A DNA stretch of 32,004 bases from Dehalococcoidia bacterium (GTDB taxonomy: Bacteria; Chloroflexota; Dehalococcoidia; Lucifugimonadales; UBA1123): positions 1-32,004 of the forward strand of contig JAKZVY010000169.1 of the NCBI GenBank assembly GCA_047515825.1. The letters are read 5' to 3'. The notes beneath the pieces are model-generated. The model was not told the origin of the DNA and made no database searches. It saw only the letters and a list, made by a program, of their open reading frames with translations. This document shows positions 7,954 to 15,393 of the stretch, piece after piece; position 1 is the first letter of the stretch, and every line of letters starts with the position of its first letter. The position numbers and the translations under genes are program-made.

Positions 7954-9255
7954 CTAGGCCACCTGCCGCCCGACGACGACCCGCTCCAGAGGCTCGCCCT
8001 GAAGAGACCACGGGCCGGTGCGGTCGATCCTGACGTCGACTAGCTTCCCGGTCAGGTCATCGGGCGAATCGAAGAAGACCAGCTTATCGTTACGGTTACG
8101 TCCAAACCACCTGCCTCTACGTACCCCTTCCACCAGCACCTCCTGCCCGCTGTCCATCAGCTTAGAATTGATCTCAGCCGACACTTGCTCCTGAATCTCT
8201 TCGATCACCTTCAACCGCCGCTGTTTCTCGGCAGCCGGAACGTCGTCATCCATGAGCCTGGCGGATATGGTTCCGGGCCTCGTCGAGTAGGCAGCGGAGT
8301 GAACTTTGTCGAACTTGATATCCCGCACCAACTCGACCGTTCTCTCGAACTGCGCCTCTGTCTCGCCGCAGAATCCGACGATCAGGTCGGTCGCCAGCGA
8401 CACGTCGGGAATCCTGTCCCGGATCCTGTCGATCTTCTCCCTGTACTCCTCGTTGGTGTACCCGCGACGCATGTCGGCGAGCACCTGGTCGTCTCCGGCC
8501 TGAAACGGCAGGTTGACGTGCTCGCAGACCTTGTCGAGGTCTGCCACGGCGTCGATTATGTGGTCGCTCATGTCGTTCGGGTGGGACGTGAGGAAGCGGA
8601 TTCGGTCCAGTCCCTCTACTTCGTTGACGGCGGCCAGCAGGTCGCCCAGGTCTATGCGCCCGGGGAGGTCGTGCCCGTAGGAATCGACGTTCTGTCCGAG
8701 CAGCGTGACCTCTTTCACTCCGCGCCGAGCCAGGTGCTCCGCCTCGTTCACGACATCCTCCACGACACGGCTGACTTCCCTGCCCCGCCGGTACGGGATG
8801 ATGCAGAAAGAGCAGAACTTATCGCAACCGTGGATGATGGGGATGTAAGTCGTCACATTGGGCGTCGCGGACAGGGGGCCTACGCAGCCTTCGGGGTCGA
8901 TTCCGAGCCGGTCGCCCAGCAGCTCGATGAGAGGGTCGTACTGCTGGGGCTGCATGAACACGTCCACGTACGGGAACCTATCGGCAAGGGAGTCCTTGCG
9001 CGGCCCAACCATGCAGCCCATCAAGCCGAGTACCTTTTCTGGGTTGCGCTCCATGACGGGTTTGAGGTGGGTCAACATACCGACCACGCGGTCTTCGGCG
9101 CTCTCTCTGACGACGCAGCTATTCAGGACTATGACATCGGCTTCGCGCGCGGACTCGCCGGGGGCGAGGCCCATCTGACCCAGCGCGCTTTCGAGGCGCT
9201 CGGAGTCTGCCTTGTTCATCTGGCAGCCTATTGTCCAGACGTAGTAGCTCTGCAT
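7954..9255 (-). CDS. miaB: tRNA (N6-isopentenyl adenosine(37)-C2)-methylthiotransferase MiaB
   Basis: N-terminal TIGCQMN (UPF0004 cluster), radical-SAM CDKFCSFCIIPYRRGRE, and a C-terminal TRAM-like segment. Confidence 0.9.
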   Translation of the reverse strand: MQSYYVWTIGCQMNKADSERLESALGQMGLAPGESAREADVIVLNSCVVRESAEDRVVGMLTHLKPVMERNPEKVLGLMGCMVGPRKDSLADRFPYVDVFMQPQQYDPLIELLGDRLGIDPEGCVGPLSATPNVTTYIPIIHGCDKFCSFCIIPYRRGREVSRVVEDVVNEAEHLARRGVKEVTLLGQNVDSYGHDLPGRIDLGDLLAAVNEVEGLDRIRFLTSHPNDMSDHIIDAVADLDKVCEHVNLPFQAGDDQVLADMRRGYTNEEYREKIDRIRDRIPDVSLATDLIVGFCGETEAQFERTVELVRDIKFDKVHSAAYSTRPGTISARLMDDDVPAAEKQRRLKVIEEIQEQVSAEINSKLMDSGQEVLVEGVRRGRWFGRNRNDKLVFFDSPDDLTGKLVDVRIDRTGPWSLQGEPLERVVVGRQVA

Positions 9256-9430
9256 TCAGGCCCGTTCTCTCAGTTATGCACGGTGGCTCTCTGTGCCAAC
9301 GCGCCCGCCGAAACCATGACAGCTTGGCAGGCGCTGGTTTCCCGATGTATGCGTACCGTGCAGATTAGAAAGAACTATATCAGAGAATACACCTATCATC
9401 AAGGAAATAGATTGTGAATTTCGGTACTAT

Positions 9431-9468
9431 TGCAACGTGTGATTACGAATATCGTAGCACACGTTCAA
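9431..9468. promoter_or_regulatory. imperfect 38-bp palindrome (operator-like) overlapping a minus-strand TGcTACGAT extended -10-like box
   Basis: AACGTGTG (9434-9441) and CACACGTT (9458-9465) are perfect inverted repeats, with inner arms TACGA/TCGTA. On the minus strand the centre reads gtgCTACGATattcg. It lies ~180-200 nt upstream of the miaB ATG, in a lower-GC 337-bp gap. Confidence 0.35.
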
Positions 9469-9592
9469 CTAGGTGACGCTCTCACAACCGGTGTGATTCC
9501 CCCAGATGGTGAAGACAGAGCGATTCGATAAATTTTTCACAAATTCCCGTATGTTGGATGCTCTGCCCAGTTTCGGCATACCTATGTCACGG

Positions 9593-10048
9593 CTACACGC
9601 CGATGGGGTCGAAGTCTGCTTGGCTTCCGATCCAGACATCCCCACCCTCGAAGAACTCCTTCTTCCAGATGGGGACGATCTGCTTGATGCGGTCCACGCT
9701 GAAGTGGCAGGCCTCGAACGCCTCCTTGCGGTGCGCGGACGATACGGCTACTACCAGGCTCGCCTCGCCGATCTCCAGCCTGCCGAGCCTGTGCGAGATC
9801 GCGACGCCGGTCAGGTCCCAGCGTTCGCACATCTCAGCCGCGACCTGCTCCAACTGCTCGTCGGCCATCGGGCGGTACGCCTCGTACTCCAAGGCGAGCA
9901 CCTTGCGTCCGGCGGTGTTGTCGCGCGTGGTGCCGACGAAGACGACAATCGCGCCCGCGCCGGGGTGGCGGACGCGGGCCTCAACGTCACCAGCATTCAA
10001 CTCGTCATTCGTAATCTCGATCATCGGCAGACATACCTCCAAACTCAA
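9593..10048 (-). CDS. moaE: molybdopterin synthase catalytic subunit MoaE
   Basis: GAIVVFVGTTRD, LEYEAY, HRLGRLEIGE, SSAHRKEAF and PIWKKE are MoaE blocks. Its ATG overlaps the moaD stop as ATGA. Confidence 0.85.
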   Translation of the reverse strand: MSLEVCLPMIEITNDELNAGDVEARVRHPGAGAIVVFVGTTRDNTAGRKVLALEYEAYRPMADEQLEQVAAEMCERWDLTGVAISHRLGRLEIGEASLVVAVSSAHRKEAFEACHFSVDRIKQIVPIWKKEFFEGGDVWIGSQADFDPIGV

Positions 10049-10287
10049 CCGCCGCTGACCGGGGGAATGAGCGCGGCCTCGTCTCCGTCGGTGAGGATGA
10101 AGTCGTGGTCACGGTACTCGTTGTTGACGGCTACGACAAGGCGATCGGCGGGCGGCAGTCCGGGAACCAGGGCGGTCACGGAGCTCGCGAGGTCTCCCAC
10201 CGTATCGCCGGGTTCCATATCGACTACCAACCGTCCGGTTCCGGCCTTCTCACGATAGCTGGCGAATAGATACACCGTAATCTTCAA
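10045..10287 (-). CDS. moaD: MoaD/ThiS family sulfur-carrier protein
   Basis: 80 aa with a ubiquitin-like pattern, ending in the diagnostic C-terminal PPVSGG. It is coupled to moaE. Confidence 0.8.
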   Translation of the reverse strand: MKITVYLFASYREKAGTGRLVVDMEPGDTVGDLASSVTALVPGLPPADRLVVAVNNEYRDHDFILTDGDEAALIPPVSGG

Positions 10288-10306
10288 TTGGCACGTCGAT
10301 TCCCGA

Positions 10307-11065
10307 CTACCACGTCAGCGCCCCGCCGTTGACGTGGATTGTCTGACCAGTGATGTAGTCCGCGGCGTCCGATGCCAGAAACACGACCGTCTTGCCGATC
10401 TCCTCAGGCAGTCCGAGGCGTCCAGCGGGAATTCCCTCAACTTCTCCGGCGGTCGGGGCTGCCTGGCGTCCAACTCGGGTGGTGTCGAACGCGCCGGGGA
10501 CGATGTGGTTGACGCGGATTCCGTGCGGGGCAAGCTCGACGGCCAGCGCGCGAGTCAGGCCCAGCGCGCCCATCTTCCCGGCGCAGACGTGTGCCCACTC
10601 CGCCCTGCCCTTGAAGGCGTTGAGGCCGGACACGTTGATGATCCTGCCCCAGCCGCGCTCGATCATCTTAGGGACGACGGCCCGACAGGTGTAGAACGGG
10701 CCGTCCATGTTGACGGCGTTGATTTCGCGCCAGTCAGTAGATGTCATCTCAATGAACGGCTTCGAGGCGCGCATTCCGGCGTTGTTGACGAGAATGTCCA
10801 CCCGTCCGAACTCGGAGATCGCGGACCCCACCATGCCAAACGCTCTGTGCTCGTTTCCGACGTCAGCGATCCTGACGATGGCGCGTACTCCGAACTCTCG
10901 CGCCTCGGCCGCGACCGTCTCGGCTTCGTCGCGGTTGGAGCGGGCGTTCACCACCACATCCGCGCCGTGCTTGGCGAGCTCCAGAACGGTGGCGCGTCCG
11001 ATGTTACGGCCGGAGCCGGTCACGAGGGCGACTTTGCCTTGCAGACTACCTTGTTCCATCGTCAC
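10307..11065 (-). CDS. SDR family oxidoreductase (FabG-like fold, atypical active site)
   Basis: TGSGRNIGRA cofactor motif, NNAG, INVSG, the pattern of ..K....GLTRALAVELAPHGIRVN.IVPG, and a C-terminal ITGQTIHVNGG. No Tyr lies between catalytic Ser146 and Lys164 (see findings). Confidence 0.85.
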   Translation of the reverse strand: MTMEQGSLQGKVALVTGSGRNIGRATVLELAKHGADVVVNARSNRDEAETVAAEAREFGVRAIVRIADVGNEHRAFGMVGSAISEFGRVDILVNNAGMRASKPFIEMTSTDWREINAVNMDGPFYTCRAVVPKMIERGWGRIINVSGLNAFKGRAEWAHVCAGKMGALGLTRALAVELAPHGIRVNHIVPGAFDTTRVGRQAAPTAGEVEGIPAGRLGLPEEIGKTVVFLASDAADYITGQTIHVNGGALTW

Positions 11066-11072
11066 TACCTCC

Positions 11073-12062
11073 CTACTCTCCCGTCTCTTCGGCTGGGAAC
11101 TCGTTCAGAATCTTCTCAAGGCGCGGATCAAATACTTCCTTGAGCTTGGGGAGGTGTTCGATCATCCAAGCCCTGGTCTCCTTTAGCTTCTCGGGCGGGT
11201 CGTCTATTGTGCCGTCTTCCGCTAAGTTGACACCGTCTCTCCTTAAGCTCACGGTGAAGAAACTGTAGGCTTGGTACTTGTGCCATTCCAACTTGGGGCC
11301 GAGGCAAGCCTCAATCTGAGCTTTGGACCCTTGTAGTTCTTCGAACATCCGCTTGTTGCGCTCGATGCTGTCCCAAGTTCGGACATACAGAGACACCTGT
11401 GCCCCGTTCTCCCATAGGCTAACCGCGTAGCCTATATCTGGGTTGAAACTAGAGGGGAAGAACCGACCCGTGAAGTCAAAGTACTGAGTTGACCGATTGG
11501 CAAAGCGCGTCTGAAGCATCTCGTTGATCAGCGGCTGGAAGAAGTCGCGGAATTGCCGAGCGCGCGGTGAAATCGTCGGTTGGTAGTCTCGCCTCTCCCA
11601 ACCTCCTGGGTAGACGACCTTGCGAAAACTAGGATTGTCGAACGAGTCGCCGGTCTTAGTGACCGAGACCTCAACACCGTAGAACTCGATCTCGTCGCTC
11701 GTCCATCGGTTGAGCCAGTCCAGCGCATCGCCGTGTTCATTCATGAACTCGGGAACTACCCATATGACGATGTGTGCATCGACTCCCGCCGCATAGGTGA
11801 GCGCTTGGCCGAGATGGCTATGATCAGTCCAATCGTATTGGTTCTCTATGGCGACTTTGACACGTTTGTTGACTTCATTCGCTAGGATGTCGAGAGAGAA
11901 CGGACCCACTTGGTACTCCGTCTGGACCAACTCCAGCTTCAGTCCAAGCGCATCGCCCAGCAGGTTCAGGTTTTCAGCGAGCCAGGGCGTGAAGTCAAGC
12001 GCCTCGTGCGGCCATTTCTCGCGGACATCCACCTGCTGAGTTGTATCTCCCGTCTCCGCCAT
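11073..12062 (-). CDS. DUF4268-like protein with N-terminal PD-(D/E)xK-type nuclease core
   Basis: PWLAENLNLLGDALGLKLELVQTEYQVGPFSLDILA...VAIENQYDWTDHSHLGQALTYAAG matches the pattern I recall for this nuclease-like family (D...IENQ...HLGQ.LTYAAG). Sampled lines are 48-55% GC versus ~70% in the adjacent SDR gene. Its stop lies 7 nt before the SDR start, with GGAGG in between. Confidence 0.7.
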   Translation of the reverse strand: MAETGDTTQQVDVREKWPHEALDFTPWLAENLNLLGDALGLKLELVQTEYQVGPFSLDILANEVNKRVKVAIENQYDWTDHSHLGQALTYAAGVDAHIVIWVVPEFMNEHGDALDWLNRWTSDEIEFYGVEVSVTKTGDSFDNPSFRKVVYPGGWERRDYQPTISPRARQFRDFFQPLINEMLQTRFANRSTQYFDFTGRFFPSSFNPDIGYAVSLWENGAQVSLYVRTWDSIERNKRMFEELQGSKAQIEACLGPKLEWHKYQAYSFFTVSLRRDGVNLAEDGTIDDPPEKLKETRAWMIEHLPKLKEVFDPRLEKILNEFPAEETGE

Positions 12063-12421
12063 TACTTATCCCCTTCTCTCTTGCCGGTGTCTCCCTGGCG
12101 AATCACGAAGTCTCGACGGTCCTTGTATAGCAGGGCGCGGTTTAAAACGTAGTCGTCGGTATCCAGGTCGATGTCGGGGCAGTTGGTCATCGTCCAGTAC
12201 TTGTACTCGCCCAAGAAGAGTTACTTTCGCTTCTGGTGGAAGAATCTGCACTCGACGCCCTCGCCTCGCGCTATGCGGGCGCAGAACGCGGACAGAAGCT
12301 CCTGCTGACCATCCTTCTTGATGACCACATACTCGTGTGGCCACGTGTCGCGGTACGTAACCGCCTCACGCCACGGAGCACGGGCTATCAACTCCATGAT
12401 CTCGGTAGTGTTTCGCTCCAA
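12062..12421 (-). pseudogene. small conserved-looking ORF (119 codons) interrupted by an in-frame TAA
   Basis: Reads MERNTT...ECRFFHQKRK-TAA(12221-12223)-LFLGEYKYWTMTNCPDIDL...GKREGDK-TAA(12062-12064), all in one frame. The final TAA overlaps the ATG of the downstream nuclease-like gene as TAATG, implying the 3' half was (or is) translated. Confidence 0.55.
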
Positions 12422-12448
12422 CCCAATAGCCTCCCCACCATGTCGTAT

Positions 12449-13651
12449 TCAATCACTCATCGCCGCGGAACTGACTACCTCGGAATCGTGGAGGGACTGG
12501 ATGTGGGTGTCGTCGTAGCCGAGGATGTCGCGTAGTATCTCAGTTGTGTGCTCCCCCACCACGGGAGCGGAGCCGACGACCATCGGCGTCCTGCTGAACT
12601 TGATCGACTTGCCCGTTACCCACATCGTGCCGGCGATGGGGTCCGGCACCTCCATCATGATCTCCCGCTCTGTCATGTGCGGGTCTTTCGCGGCCTGCGC
12701 GGTATTGTTGACAGGCGAGCACGGTACGCCGTGCGCGGCCAGATGGTCGGCGGCCTCCTGCATGTTCCGGTCGATGAACCACGCGCCCAGCTCGGACTCC
12801 AGGGCATCGGCGTTCTGTCCGCGCAGATCCCTGTTGGCGAAGCGTTCGTCCTCCAGCCATTTGGGTTTGTCCATCGCCTCGACCAGCCTGCGCCACATCG
12901 ACTCGTTCGTCGCCGCAATTATGATCCAACCGTCCTTTGTCTCGTAGGTGCCGCCGGTGCCGCTGCCGTTGCCATCGCGGGGCTGCTCGTATCCGTCGCC
13001 GAGGTACGCGGAGATCGGTATCTCGTTCGCGGTGTATCCCGTGTCGGCGAGGCACACGTCGAGCGCCTGTCCCTTTCCTGAGATCTCGCGTTCCCTGAGC
13101 GCGGCCAGAGCGCCGATAGTCGCGTGAAGCGCTGTGATCCGGTCTATCAGCGGGAAGAACGTGCGCACCGGCGGGTCGTCAGGGAAGCCGGTAAGCGACA
13201 TCAACCCACCCATCGCCTGGCCTATCGGATCGAATCCGACGCGGTCCCGGTACGGCCCATACTGGCCATAGGCGGAGACGTTTATCATTATGATCTTCGG
13301 GTTGAGCTTGCTGATCTCTTCGTACCCGAACCCCATGATGTCGATGGTGCCCGGCCTGAAGTTCTGGAGGAAGAAGTCGGACTCTTTGACGAGGTCTCTA
13401 AGCACATCCTTGCCCTCGTCGGTGCGGAGGTTGATGGCGAGGCTCTTCTTTCCAGAGTTGTACTGGACCCAGTAGGCGCTCTGGCCCCTGACGCGCGGTC
13501 CGTTGCGGCGACTCTCGTCTCCGGAGACAGATTCGACCTTGATGACCTCGGCGCCCATGCGGGCGAACATCAGGGCACAGCGGGGGCCCGCCTGGTAACG
13601 TCCGAGGTCGAGGAGCCTGAGGCCCTCCAGCGGGGAGTCGAGGTGGGTCAT
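12449..13651 (-). CDS. CoA transferase (family III, CaiB/BaiF-like)
   Basis: N-terminal LEGLRLLDLGRYQAGPRCALMFARMGAEVIKVE and overall length are typical of family III CoA-transferases. Confidence 0.9.
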   Translation of the reverse strand: MTHLDSPLEGLRLLDLGRYQAGPRCALMFARMGAEVIKVESVSGDESRRNGPRVRGQSAYWVQYNSGKKSLAINLRTDEGKDVLRDLVKESDFFLQNFRPGTIDIMGFGYEEISKLNPKIIMINVSAYGQYGPYRDRVGFDPIGQAMGGLMSLTGFPDDPPVRTFFPLIDRITALHATIGALAALREREISGKGQALDVCLADTGYTANEIPISAYLGDGYEQPRDGNGSGTGGTYETKDGWIIIAATNESMWRRLVEAMDKPKWLEDERFANRDLRGQNADALESELGAWFIDRNMQEAADHLAAHGVPCSPVNNTAQAAKDPHMTEREIMMEVPDPIAGTMWVTGKSIKFSRTPMVVGSAPVVGEHTTEILRDILGYDDTHIQSLHDSEVVSSAAMSD

Positions 13652-13657
13652 ATATTC

Positions 13658-14434
13658 TTAGTCCCGTCCCTTTCTGTCCAGGAATGGCTTGAAGCCTTCC
13701 AGCACCGGAGTTGGCGCGAGCTTGCCTGCTTGGGCGTCTAGCTCGTTCTGGTAGTGCGATCTCCACTCGTCGCCGATGTCCCGGATCAGGAGGTCCTTGA
13801 CCCCCTGCACCATCCTGGGGTCGTTCGCCGCGATGAGGCCCGCGAGTTCAATCGCCTTGTCCATCAATTGGTCGGAGGGCACCAGATGATTCAGCAGTCC
13901 GATGCGGTACGCCTCCTCGGCCTCGACCACCCGCGCCGTGAACAGAAGCTCCTTGGCGAGCGGCCAGCCGACCTGCTGGGGCAGGCTCCAGGTGGAGTTG
14001 ACCCTGCCGTACTGGACGGCGAGGAATCTGAACCGCGTGCGCTCGCAGCCCACGCGAATGTCGAAGCTCGACGCCAGCACCGCACCGCCTCCGAAGGCAA
14101 GGCCGTTCAGCGCCCCGATGGTCGGCTTGCGCGCTGTAGCTATGTGCCACGAGTACTCGGGCCTGCGAGGATCCGGGGGCGGCGGATTGTCCGACTTGGC
14201 GTGCTCAGCCATCTCGTGGATGTCCGCGCCGGCCGAGAACGCTCTCTCGCCAGCGCCAGTGAATATGATCGCGTGTACGTCGTCGTCGTTCTCCAACTGA
14301 GTGACGGCTCCGTCTATCTCGCTGAACAGCCTGCGGTTCATGGCGTTCAGCACCTCTGGCCGGTTGAGCTTGATAACTCCGATGTGGTCCTGGATGTCTA
14401 GGAGGAGGTGTTCGTAAGTCAATGGCTTCTCCAA
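13658..14434 (-). CDS. enoyl-CoA hydratase/isomerase family protein
   Basis: IKLNRPEVLNAMN, FTGAGERAFSAGADI and ALNGLAFGGGAVLA are crotonase-fold motifs. Confidence 0.9.
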   Translation of the reverse strand: MEKPLTYEHLLLDIQDHIGVIKLNRPEVLNAMNRRLFSEIDGAVTQLENDDDVHAIIFTGAGERAFSAGADIHEMAEHAKSDNPPPPDPRRPEYSWHIATARKPTIGALNGLAFGGGAVLASSFDIRVGCERTRFRFLAVQYGRVNSTWSLPQQVGWPLAKELLFTARVVEAEEAYRIGLLNHLVPSDQLMDKAIELAGLIAANDPRMVQGVKDLLIRDIGDEWRSHYQNELDAQAGKLAPTPVLEGFKPFLDRKGRD

Positions 14435-14454
14435 TTGCGGGTCTGGCTTGCGCC

Positions 14455-14483
14455 ATTATATGAACGGCCCGAATAGGGGTCAA
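14455..14483 (-). promoter_or_regulatory. near-consensus sigma70-type promoter for the crotonase/CoA-transferase operon
   Basis: The minus strand reads TTGACC (14483-14478), a 17-nt spacer, then TATAAT (14460-14455). The predicted TSS is ~14 nt upstream of the ATG at 14434, with a ggaga RBS between. Confidence 0.55.
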
Positions 14484-14560
14484 GAATGCATGCGCAGCGT
14501 AAAGGATGCACTGCCGAATGTGGACAACCGTGATGTTAGGTCTATCCTCAAGTTCTGCCG

Positions 14561-15289
14561 TCAAAATGGGATCGTCTTTCCGACCTCTTTGAGTCGTTGG
14601 CGCCGCTGTCTCATATCAGGTAAGGCCCTCTCCACTACGTCCCAGAAGGCGGGGGAGTGGTTCATCTCGGTGAGATGGGCAAGCTCGTGTACGACTATGT
14701 ACTCGGCCAGCGGCGGCTCCAGCATCATCAACCGCCAGTTGAAGTTCAGAGACCCCTTCACGGAACAGCTTGCCCAGCGCGACTTCTGGTCGCGGACGTG
14801 AATCACTATTTCCGATCTGTCTCCCCTGCCCAGATGGGGCCACCAGCGGTCGACGGTCCCCGGCAGCCGCTCAGAGGCGCGAGCGCTGTACCACTCAACG
14901 AACGCGCGGTATATCTCCTCACCGTCTCTGACGTTCCTGGGAGCGACAATCCGGAAGCGCCGCTGGTCGAGGCGAACATGCGGGAACCATACGTCGGCAC
15001 GACTCACGATGATCCTATTGCCCCGCCCCAGGTACGGAAGTATCCGCCCGTGAGCGAACCGTTTCGACGGCGGTTCGGGTTTCGTCTCCGACGTATGCTC
15101 GATGATCCAGGCTGCCCGCTTGCGGACTATCGCTCGAATCTCGGCATCCGGCAGAGTCGAGGGAGCGAGTACCCGGGCGACGCCGTCTTCCATCTTGAGC
15201 TGGACGGTCTTCTTGCGACGCCTGCTGCGCCGTACCTCGTACTCGATGGCGGTCTTGCCCAATTCGATGGTGTGCCAGGACATGCGCAC
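14561..15289 (-). CDS. M48 family metallopeptidase (YgjP/DUF45-like)
   Basis: WASCS...LNFNWRL followed by the zinc motif HELAHL..MNHS..FW is typical of the YgjP/SprT-like family. Confidence 0.8.
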   Translation of the reverse strand: MRMSWHTIELGKTAIEYEVRRSRRRKKTVQLKMEDGVARVLAPSTLPDAEIRAIVRKRAAWIIEHTSETKPEPPSKRFAHGRILPYLGRGNRIIVSRADVWFPHVRLDQRRFRIVAPRNVRDGEEIYRAFVEWYSARASERLPGTVDRWWPHLGRGDRSEIVIHVRDQKSRWASCSVKGSLNFNWRLMMLEPPLAEYIVVHELAHLTEMNHSPAFWDVVERALPDMRQRRQRLKEVGKTIPF

Positions 15290-15324
15290 AGTTTACTAGG
15301 CCCCGCTCGGAAAGTCTCCGCTCG

Positions 15325-15353
15325 ATTCCACACGGGCCGGGTTTGTGTATAAT
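15325..15353 (+). promoter_or_regulatory. candidate promoter for the acyl-CoA synthetase gene
   Basis: ATTCCA (15325-15330), a 17-nt spacer, then consensus TATAAT (15348-15353), 40 nt upstream of the preferred ATG at 15394. The -35 is weak. Confidence 0.4.
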
Positions 15354-15393
15354 GGGGCCGACTTCAGAACCTGCGATGATCGGAGGAAGATTC

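Noticed and set aside
8185-9417. Long antisense ORFs opposite recognisable genes. Examples: 8185-9417 (410 aa, opposite miaB), 3544-4239, 5823-6647, 7058-7876, 10334-11143, 16672-17430, 21598-22248, 23929-24717, 25086-25790, 26246-26962, 30245-30847.
   Set aside because: These are typical shadow ORFs of GC-rich DNA. Their translations are Arg/Gly/Pro/Ala/His-rich and motif-free, and each lies opposite a gene with strong family motifs. No RBS or coupling signals were seen.
12221-12223. Stop-codon reassignment (TAA read as sense).
   Set aside because: TAA terminates well-defined genes in this same window (vapB-1 at 1791-1793, vapC-2 at 3515-3517), so the standard code applies.
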